DNA of 64,000 nt. Origin: Candidatus Omnitrophota bacterium (lineage in GTDB: Bacteria; Omnitrophota; Gorgyraeia; 2-01-FULL-45-10). The stretch spans positions 69,040 to 133,039 of the forward strand of contig JBAZKH010000004.1 of assembly GCA_041650935.1 (NCBI GenBank), given 5' to 3'. This document shows positions 57,033 to 64,000 of the stretch, piece by piece (the stretch's first letter is position 1; the number at the start of each line of letters is the position of its first letter). The notes below the pieces were generated by a model. It saw only the letters and a program-made list of their open reading frames with translations. It was not told the origin of the DNA and ran no database searches. Made by a program: the position numbers and the translations under genes.

Positions 57033-57707
57033 ATGAAGATACTATTAGGCGATAAAGCCAACATAATCATACGCGCCATGATGTCTGCGCCCGATAGGAA
57101 ATGGGTTGCCAGAGACTTTGAGAAAGAATTCGGCGTAGGCCGCGCGCGCGCGGCAAAAGTACTGTCAGAATTGCGCGCCAAGGGGTTTGTTGGAGGTGTC
57201 CGGTCTGGCAGACTTGCGTATAGTATATTACAAAATAAAGAAGAACTTCTTGAGGAGTGGCTAAAAGTCTACAAGTTTGAGCTTAACGAAGCCCATCTTT
57301 ATTACTCAACTCGAGAGGATATTCTTCCGCGGCTGAAAGAATATTTTGCTGGTAAAAAGAATCCCAATAAATACGCCCTGACGCTTCACACCGGAGCGAA
57401 TCTGATTACCAGCTATGTAAATACACAGACGATATATTGTTATTTACCAGTAGAGGATTTTAAGAGCGCTTCGCTAGACTTGCGGCAGGCGCTTGATCTG
57501 AAGGAATTAAAAACGGGCGGTAATTTTTATTTAATAAACCCGTATTATAAGAGCGCCACATTTTTCAATACTCAGATAATCAAAGGCTACAATGCTGTTT
57601 CGGATCTTCAGCTTTATTTAGATCTCTACCATTTCCCTCAGAGAGGCCGGGATCACGCTGAGTATTTACTTAAAACATTAAAAGAGGAAGGAAAACCAAT
57701 TGCTTAA
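57033..57707 (+). CDS. AbiEi-like type IV antitoxin / transcriptional regulator (pair 1)
   Basis: It is 224 aa with an N-terminal wHTH-like region. It overlaps the downstream nucleotidyltransferase gene by 8 nt. Confidence 0.55.
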   Translation: MKILLGDKANIIIRAMMSAPDRKWVARDFEKEFGVGRARAAKVLSELRAKGFVGGVRSGRLAYSILQNKEELLEEWLKVYKFELNEAHLYYSTREDILPRLKEYFAGKKNPNKYALTLHTGANLITSYVNTQTIYCYLPVEDFKSASLDLRQALDLKELKTGGNFYLINPYYKSATFFNTQIIKGYNAVSDLQLYLDLYHFPQRGRDHAEYLLKTLKEEGKPIA

Positions 57708-58491
57708 AGAATTCCCTGGAGAAAAACTCCTAATCAAAGTCATAGATGATTTGGCTGATTTTCTGCCGTATCTTGTTCTTGTCGGCGGTTGGGTGCCGTA
57801 TATCTATGCCAGATACATGTGGAAAGACGTCCCGAATATGGCAGTGACTACTGGAGATATCGATTTCGGCGTCGGTGATCACGACTTTAGCGGCAAAGAC
57901 ACTGTAGCATCCCGCGTTTTACGGTTGGGGTACGGAGAACGCCACATTTCAATGGATCGGCCGTATCCATTCGTTCCGATTGTAAAAGATATGGCTGAGG
58001 GATCGAAAGCCGAGGTCGAATTTATCACCGATCCCAAGATTTCCCGGAAAGTCATCAATAAGATAGTGGGCCAAGAGATCAAGATTAATGAAATCCAGCA
58101 TTTCAGTTTATTGCTAGGTTCTGTCATGCCGGTAAAGATGAACGGTAGAAGCATCCAGATACCGACAGAATCGATGTTCGTATTTCATAAATTATTGACG
58201 TTCATTGATCGGGAAAATAAAGCAAAATTAGGAAAGGATCTGTATTACGTTTACTACATGCTCCGATTCAGCCCGACAAAGGCACAGCTTTTTGACGACA
58301 TGATTGGCCTTATTAAGAAACGTAAAGAAGGCAAACAGGTCAAAGAGAATCTCAAAGAGTATTTTGGCAGCGTTGACTCCAAAGGGCCTTTATTTGTCGA
58401 GCAGGAAAACGGCCCGGACTCTTATGTTGCGAATGTAAGAGAAGATGCGTTTGAGAAATTTAGCGGTATCCGGCAAAGAGTTGAAAAATGA
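57700..58491 (+). CDS. AbiEii/DUF1814-family nucleotidyltransferase toxin (pair 1)
   Basis: It has pol-beta NTase motifs VGGWVPYIY and TTGDIDFGV. It is 263 aa. Confidence 0.6.
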   Translation: MLKEFPGEKLLIKVIDDLADFLPYLVLVGGWVPYIYARYMWKDVPNMAVTTGDIDFGVGDHDFSGKDTVASRVLRLGYGERHISMDRPYPFVPIVKDMAEGSKAEVEFITDPKISRKVINKIVGQEIKINEIQHFSLLLGSVMPVKMNGRSIQIPTESMFVFHKLLTFIDRENKAKLGKDLYYVYYMLRFSPTKAQLFDDMIGLIKKRKEGKQVKENLKEYFGSVDSKGPLFVEQENGPDSYVANVREDAFEKFSGIRQRVEK

Positions 58492-58568
58492 AGACCTTTG
58501 CCATCGGGGATATCCACGGCGCCTACAAGGCATTGATGCAGTGTTTTGAGCAAGTAGCTGACGTTTAA
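58488..58568 (+). pseudogene. 5' fragment of a calcineurin-like metallophosphoesterase gene (MKTFAIGDIHGAYKAL…), cut off by repeat unit Z
   Basis: There is a GDIHG motif at residues 7-11. The ORF stops after 26 codons inside the palindrome. Confidence 0.4.
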
Positions 58569-58680
58569 ACGTCAGCTACCCTGTGGATAACTACGAATAG
58601 AGGATGAAATGGTTGAAAGTGAGCGAAAAGGAGCCAAAAATCCGAAGAAACCAAGTGTATTTTTGCGCACTTTTGGCTGG
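58550..58680 (+). repeat. Repeat unit Z, copy 2 (palindrome at 58554-58579), followed by module Y (CAGATGGCCGCGTTATAGGGGGACTATGGA, 58681-58710)
   Basis: See copy 1. Module Y recurs at 62019-62048. Confidence 0.8.
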
Positions 58681-58932
58681 CAGATGGCCGCGTTATAGGG
58701 GGACTATGGAAAAGATAGTCCAATCGTTAATCAAGCTGGAGTAAGTGTAGGCAAAAAAGCAGTTTTGAGTGACATGGTTATGTCACAAAAAGTATATAGT
58801 TTTCGCGACAGGTGCAGGTTTGAAATTATGCCCCAATGACCAGTATTTGTTTACAAAACAGCAGTATTACAAACTTTGACTTTTTTCGGTAAATACTTGA
58901 CAATGGTTTAAAACTGTGCTAAATTGACTACT

Positions 58933-59697
58933 ATGGATAGACAAAATAGAAGTATAATAAACAATTTGCTTAGAAGTTGGCCTAAGAATACCATTGCTGC
59001 TTCTGGTTGGCTTGACAAGCAAGGGGTGTATCGTCAATTAGCCGGAACATATGTTAAAAGCGGATGGATAGAACGAATAGGGCGGGGCGCTTTTAAGCGT
59101 GCCGGGGAAGACGTTGCCTGGAGCGGCGGGCTATATGCATTACAAACGCAATTAAATATGTCGGTCCATCCAGCGGGGAAAACCGCTATACAGCTACAGG
59201 GGAGCGCTCATTATCTTCCTGCAAACTTACAACAGGCAAAGATCGTTCTTTTTGGGACTAAGAACGAAAAGCTTCCCGCATGGTTTAAAAATTATAAATG
59301 GGAAGTTATCGTCCGTTATGTTATGACAGGCCTTTTTGGAAAAGATGTCGGATTGGGGCTTACGACACATAATTTTGGTGATTATGAGATCAAGATATCT
59401 TCGCCTGAAAGAGCGGCTATGGAATTATGCTATGATGTTCCTATCCATGAATCTTTTGGTGAACTGGATCAGATAATGTCCAGCCTTACAACGCTTCGTC
59501 CGCAGATGGTTCAAGAACTATTAGAAAAATGCGGCTCAGTTAAGGCGAAAAGACTGTTTATGTATTTAGCCGAGAAGCATAATCACGTGTGGGTGAAGAA
59601 ATTGAACCCTAAAAAAGTTGATTTTGGAACGGGGAAGAGATCTCTTTGCGATAATGGCCGCTATGATGGCAAATATAAAATAGTCGTCCCAAAGTAA
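58933..59697 (+). CDS. AbiEi-like antitoxin (pair 2)
   Basis: It is about 255 aa and precedes a DUF1814 NTase gene by 9 nt. A TTGACA-17-TAAATT promoter lies upstream at about 58881-58909. Confidence 0.5.
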   Translation: MDRQNRSIINNLLRSWPKNTIAASGWLDKQGVYRQLAGTYVKSGWIERIGRGAFKRAGEDVAWSGGLYALQTQLNMSVHPAGKTAIQLQGSAHYLPANLQQAKIVLFGTKNEKLPAWFKNYKWEVIVRYVMTGLFGKDVGLGLTTHNFGDYEIKISSPERAAMELCYDVPIHESFGELDQIMSSLTTLRPQMVQELLEKCGSVKAKRLFMYLAEKHNHVWVKKLNPKKVDFGTGKRSLCDNGRYDGKYKIVVPK

Positions 59698-59706
59698 CAG
59701 GAGATT

Positions 59707-60642
59707 ATGGATAAAAATTTATTTTATCAGCAAGCCGACCTTTTAATATCGATTCTTCCGCATATGACGAAAGATACCGATTTTGCCATTCATGGCGGAA
59801 CTGCGATCAATTTTTTTGTACGTGATATGCCGCGTCTTTCCGTTGATATCGATCTGACATATTTACGTCTTAGCTCTCGCGAAGAGACGATAAAAGCCAT
59901 CAGCGAGCAATTAAAGTCGATATCAAGTCGAATTTCTTCGAGTATGCCATCAGTACGGATAGAAGAGAAATCCGATTCGCTGAATGGGTCTACCGCAAAA
60001 CTTTTTGTAAAACGGGAAGGCGCGATCGTTAAGGTTGAGCCGAATCAGGTCATTCGCGGCTCCTTGTTCGGCTGTGAGGAAAGGGATATATGCAAGAGAG
60101 CCGAGGAAACTTTCGAGAAATTCGCAACTACCAAGACATTGGCATTTGCCGAACTTTACGGTTCCAAGATGTGCGCGGCCCTCGATAGACAGCACCCTCG
60201 GGATATTTTCGACATTATGTTGCTTCTCGAAAACGAAGGTATTACGGAACAAGTCCGCAAGTCATTCCTTGTTTATCTTATAAGTCATAATCGTCCGATT
60301 TCAGAGTTGTTGTCGCCGAATTTCAAAGACATGAAGCCGGTTTTTGAAAAGGAATTTGCGGGAATGGCTTCTTTTGAAGTGAAGTACGAAAAATTGCTCA
60401 GTGTTAGGAAAGCCCTGGTCGAAGAAATTAATAAACTAATAACCGACGAAGAGCGCGCATTTTTGATATCGTTTAAAGAAAAAGCGCCAAAGTGGGATCT
60501 TCTGGGCGTTAAAGGAGCTCAAGATATGCCGGCGGTTAAATGGAAATTGGCTAATCTCACAAAAATGGAAAATGATAAGCACGCTCAGGCGGTCAGCCAG
60601 TTAAAGAAAATTGTAAAAAAGAATCGATCGCAGGCCTATTAA
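59707..60642 (+). CDS. AbiEii/DUF1814-family nucleotidyltransferase toxin (pair 2)
   Basis: It has the motifs FAIHGGTAINFF and RLSVDIDLTY. It is 311 aa. Confidence 0.6.
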   Translation: MDKNLFYQQADLLISILPHMTKDTDFAIHGGTAINFFVRDMPRLSVDIDLTYLRLSSREETIKAISEQLKSISSRISSSMPSVRIEEKSDSLNGSTAKLFVKREGAIVKVEPNQVIRGSLFGCEERDICKRAEETFEKFATTKTLAFAELYGSKMCAALDRQHPRDIFDIMLLLENEGITEQVRKSFLVYLISHNRPISELLSPNFKDMKPVFEKEFAGMASFEVKYEKLLSVRKALVEEINKLITDEERAFLISFKEKAPKWDLLGVKGAQDMPAVKWKLANLTKMENDKHAQAVSQLKKIVKKNRSQAY

Positions 60643-60649
60643 GAATATC

Positions 60650-60877
60650 ATGAAAAAAGAAGCATTAAAGTTATGGATGAACCTGCCGGCAGATACAAGG
60701 CGTATGCTTTTGAGTAACGTCTGGTGCGGGGAGTGCCGGAAGCCGGTGACCATCGTTGATTATCATGCGGAATTACGTAGGGTCGTGGTACTCCAAGGGT
60801 TTTGTGGTACTTGCGGTCATAAGGTGGCCCGGGTCATTGATGATTGCGGTCCGGAACCAAAACAGAATTTAGAATAA
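60650..60877 (+). CDS. Small zinc-ribbon protein (CGEC…CGTCGH)
   Basis: It is 75 aa with two CxxC pairs. Confidence 0.4.
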   Translation: MKKEALKLWMNLPADTRRMLLSNVWCGECRKPVTIVDYHAELRRVVVLQGFCGTCGHKVARVIDDCGPEPKQNLE

Positions 60878-60894
60878 AGGATTATGTCGGAAAT

Positions 60895-61419
60895 ATGCGT
60901 AAAAGGGCACTTCCCATTATACATATTATTGGCCTCCCGGGCGCTGGGAAGACAACTCTCGCGCGAAGCTTGAGTAACGCATTAAAAATGCCGATACTTC
61001 GCATAGGTTACCACAGGGCACGATTTCCACAGACGCCCATTGGCGAGGCCGATGCATGGATAGCGCTATTTCGAGAATTGTCTCGACGCAGATGGAAGAA
61101 TTGTATACTCGAAACCACTGGATTAAATTCCCGAGAAGATTTTTTGAGAACGGCTTTACCTTTCGGTCAAATATTTACGATTAAGCTGGAAGCGTCGCGC
61201 AAAATTCTTTTCTCACGGATTCGCAAAAAGAAAAAGAGAGAGCGAGGCGGGCGGTGGTCTTATAACGCGGCATATCGAAATAAGTACGAATTTGTCCGGA
61301 AACTATCCAAGCAATTTCGCAAAATTCCCGCAGACTGCCATATTAATACCAATCGATTAACTAAGGCAGCAGTATATCAGCAGGCGCTAGAGGAAATAAA
61401 TTTCATGGTATCGATGTGA
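60895..61419 (+). CDS. Small P-loop NTPase / kinase-like protein
   Basis: It has the Walker A motif GLPGAGKTT near the N-terminus. It is about 175 aa and basic. Confidence 0.5.
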   Translation: MRKRALPIIHIIGLPGAGKTTLARSLSNALKMPILRIGYHRARFPQTPIGEADAWIALFRELSRRRWKNCILETTGLNSREDFLRTALPFGQIFTIKLEASRKILFSRIRKKKKRERGGRWSYNAAYRNKYEFVRKLSKQFRKIPADCHINTNRLTKAAVYQQALEEINFMVSM

Positions 61420-61544
61420 ATAAAAGATTGACTCATCAGAAACTTTTAGATTCCGTTTCTGGATGACGTATATAATAGTGTTTAGTGTTTATTGTGTAAT
61501 GAGTTACGAGAAGTAAGGGCAGGGGAACCGAACGTTAGTGAAAA

Positions 61545-61955
61545 TTGAAGAGGAGACATGCAATGATAAGAGCGATTAAATGTGCTATGGTTTTAGGAAT
61601 AATTAGCTGTTTATTTCTCGACATTGAAATTGCTGACGCAAAAAGAGGGATCCCTGCAGCGCCTACGCCTGTAATTTACAAAGGCATAAAGTTTATTGCA
61701 GTAGATTGGCCAAAACATGAAAATGTACTCGGGAGAGATAGCGATGTATGGTATGTTGAAGGATGGGATATTGAAAAAAATAAAAAAGTATGGGAAAAAG
61801 AAGCATATAGTATTGCTATAGATAAGTTTTTGGAATACGACGTTCAAATGGTTTTTATTACTTCCCTCGATATTGAAAACAGTAAACTAATAGTAACTAA
61901 TGAGCGTGGCAAAAAATATTACATCGAAATCCCGCTAAATATTTTGAAACAATAA
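61545..61955 (+). CDS. Small secreted protein / putative lipoprotein (lipobox GIISC)
   Basis: It has a signal peptide with L-G-I-I-S-C and is a Lys-rich, AT-rich gene. Confidence 0.4.
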   Translation: MKRRHAMIRAIKCAMVLGIISCLFLDIEIADAKRGIPAAPTPVIYKGIKFIAVDWPKHENVLGRDSDVWYVEGWDIEKNKKVWEKEAYSIAIDKFLEYDVQMVFITSLDIENSKLIVTNERGKKYYIEIPLNILKQ

Positions 61956-62265
61956 TATCGCACAACCTATTGGAATATAATGAGTAAGCATAGTGTGTAC
62001 ATAAAAACCTTCGGATGCCAGATGGCCGCGTTATAGGGGGACTATGGAGAGGATAGCGGAGGCGTTGGTGAGCATGGATTAGCAGAATATTAAGGCATAA
62101 AAAAGTAAGATATTTACTCTTGTCAATAACAATATTATAAGGTATACTTCTTATTAAGAACCGCCAGAATAGACATTACTTGTCTGAATTTGTATATATT
62201 TCAGGCAGGTATATTTTTTCACCTCTTATTTTAGAGGTTTACAAAGTAACACACGGAGCTATTAG

Positions 62266-64000
62266 ATGATAACCGCCAGATCTAATGGAATCCTAAGAAA
62301 TCGAAAGCCATTCAAGGTACTAGTATGCCTAGTAACCTTGGTGGCTTTTTTAGTTAATACGGTATCCTTTGATGTTGCCTGGGCCATCGGAACGCCCTCA
62401 GGGCTCCCTGGCGGTGGCTCTGATAGAGCCGATGGCCCAGGTTTTGTTAAAGGCTTAAATGTAGATACATTTACATTACCCGAATATTTGGGGTTGGTAA
62501 GGGATTCGTTTAAAGCAAAATCAGACAAAGTTGTTATTCATATTCAGGACGCCCACTGTAACTACGCTGCCCAGAAGAAAATAGCCGAGATCATCGAATA
62601 TCTCAACAAAGAGCATGCCATAGATACTGTTAATCTGGAAGGTGGCGCTAAAGACTACGACTTATCCGTCTTTACCAACATTTACGATAAAAATATCCGA
62701 GAAAAGACAGCCGATTATTTCGTAAGAGAAGGTTTGGTTAATGGTGCGGAATATTTCGCTATTAACAATCCTGAAAAAGCGACGCTTTGGGGCATAGAAG
62801 ATACGAAGTTATATATCGACAACTTAAGCGTTTATAGAGAATCGCTTAAACATAAGAACGAGGTTGATAAGCATCTCAACGCTCTTACTCATATTCTGGC
62901 TAACCTCAAAACCAAAATTTATTCGCAGGAACTCCTCGATCTTGATACCAAATACTCACAGTATAAAGCTGGCAGCATAGAATTCAAAGACTACCTGACG
63001 TATCTGATTCAGGCAGCAAAGCAAAAATTAATAGACATCAAAGCCTTTACCAGCATATATCTTTTGAGTCAAACACTGCAGGAAGAAGGCAATGTAGACT
63101 TCAGAAAGGCGAATAACGAACGGGATGATTTAATAGATAGATTGCAAAAGAAGTTGTCAAAAAAATCGCTCGAAGAGCTCGTATTAAAGACCGTAGAATT
63201 TAGATCTGAGAGAATATCGCAGAAAGACTTCTATGTCTATCTTACCAATAAAGCCGATCACGTGGGCATTGAATTAAAAGATTTTCCTGCTCTCCAGAAA
63301 TACATCGTTTATATCTCTATGTATAATGCTATCGACAAGACGAAGATAATGGAAGAGATAGAGGCTTTGGAGAACAAAGTAAAAGACGCGCTTTATCAGA
63401 ACGATAAACAGAAAGACCTAAACAAGCTATCAAAAAACCTCGCAATACTCAAAAACATATTCAATATTTCCCTTACCAAAGAAGACTATAAATACTATAT
63501 CGACAATGAACAATCCTTTAATGCGTCAAACTATGACTTCTTCATAAACAAAGAAGCGCCTCTTTATAAGATAACAGCACAACTCGACAGAGGCATAACC
63601 AATTTAGACCAATACCGAGAAAACGTAGCCAGGTTCTATGAATATTCATTCAAAAGAGATAGCGTATTTCTAAAGAATATAAAGTTCAACCCAAATCAAA
63701 AAATAGCCGTTGTAGTTACAGGCGGATTTCATACGGAAAATCTATGTGAAATATTCAAAAAACAAAACATATCATATATCTCAATCATGCCTGCCTTTAG
63801 TAATTGCGATGGCTACCAGTGTCCGTATTTTAGGTTGTTAAGAGGCGAAGTGACTCGAATCGGGAATATGATTCATGCCGCTATTGCTTCTTTACCATCA
63901 TCAACAATGGCAGTAGCCGCTTTATCTACCGCCTTAGGCCGAGAAGTATGGTCAGAAAGGAATATCGACGATTTTAAAGCGTGGGTGGGGTTGGAAGCAA
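62266..64000 (+). CDS. Large secreted or membrane-anchored protein of unknown function. It is 3'-truncated by the window end and is not in the supplied ORF track
   Basis: It has an ATG with GGAG 8 nt upstream and an N-terminal hydrophobic segment VLVCLVTLVAFLVNTV. The frame is open with no stop for more than 578 codons, through to base 64000. Confidence 0.55.
   Translation, partial: MITARSNGILRNRKPFKVLVCLVTLVAFLVNTVSFDVAWAIGTPSGLPGGGSDRADGPGFVKGLNVDTFTLPEYLGLVRDSFKAKSDKVVIHIQDAHCNYAAQKKIAEIIEYLNKEHAIDTVNLEGGAKDYDLSVFTNIYDKNIREKTADYFVREGLVNGAEYFAINNPEKATLWGIEDTKLYIDNLSVYRESLKHKNEVDKHLNALTHILANLKTKIYSQELLDLDTKYSQYKAGSIEFKDYLTYLIQAAKQKLIDIKAFTSIYLLSQTLQEEGNVDFRKANNERDDLIDRLQKKLSKKSLEELVLKTVEFRSERISQKDFYVYLTNKADHVGIELKDFPALQKYIVYISMYNAIDKTKIMEEIEALENKVKDALYQNDKQKDLNKLSKNLAILKNIFNISLTKEDYKYYIDNEQSFNASNYDFFINKEAPLYKITAQLDRGITNLDQYRENVARFYEYSFKRDSVFLKNIKFNPNQKIAVVVTGGFHTENLCEIFKKQNISYISIMPAFSNCDGYQCPYFRLLRGEVTRIGNMIHAAIASLPSSTMAVAALSTALGREVWSERNIDDFKAWVGLEA

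Noticed and set aside
56582-58680. Considered calling the palindrome-containing Z repeats integron attC sites with gene cassettes.
   Set aside because: No IntI-type integrase or attI is present in the window. The cassettes carry their own sigma70 promoters. I left it as an unclassified mosaic repeat, possibly REP/RAYT-related.
1-64000. Looked for tRNA, rRNA and tmRNA-like segments, including in the island repeats as possible tRNA-derived att sites.
   Set aside because: I saw no cloverleaf-compatible sequence with a GTTC-type T-loop and acceptor pairing, and no rRNA-like conserved blocks. Without a scanning tool I cannot fully exclude a small RNA gene.

Overview
This is a 64 kb window from an anaerobic, hydrogen-metabolising bacterium. 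Nearly every real gene is on the + strand. The first ~43 kb is GC-rich and the last ~20 kb is visibly AT-richer.

Feature order, 5'->3':
- The tail of an HtpX-like M48 protease.
- A [NiFe]-hydrogenase maturation cluster, hypF(C-terminal domain only)-hypC-hypD-hypE. It is interleaved with putrescine-synthesis genes (pyruvoyl arginine decarboxylase pdaD and agmatinase) and a MetE-like gene. Two copies of a structured ~240 bp leader element each drive a sub-operon.
- A type IV pilus block: pilB, pilC and two pilin genes, the second being an exact tandem duplicate.
- A surface-glycan or protein-glycosylation cluster: three large GT-C-like membrane proteins (one ArnT/PMT-like), two polyprenyl-phosphate-sugar-synthase-like GT2 enzymes, an NAD-dependent epimerase, a SAM methyltransferase and a split transketolase.
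- An 18-gene group-4 energy-converting [NiFe] hydrogenase of the Mbh/Mrp type. It has a complete MrpA-G-like antiporter module, a HycI protease and an embedded PhoU-like gene. It begins with a sulfhydrogenase beta/gamma-like (AsrA/AsrB-like) pair, which suggests a pyridine-nucleotide-linked ion-pumping hydrogenase.
- Housekeeping genes: pabB-like and pabC-like, an RluA-family pseudouridine synthase, greA, a eukaryote-type hexokinase and a ZIP transporter.
- A Dlt-like four-gene acylation system (adenylating ligase, carrier protein, MBOAT, SGNH protein).
- A two-component cluster.
- An AT-rich island carrying a 5'-truncated IS200/RAYT transposase, an AAA_14/DUF4143 ATPase, two AbiEi/AbiEii toxin-antitoxin pairs, and mosaic repeats built around a 26-bp perfect palindrome that flank cassette-like genes.
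- A large secreted ORF that runs off the window end.

I saw no rRNA, tRNA or CRISPR array.
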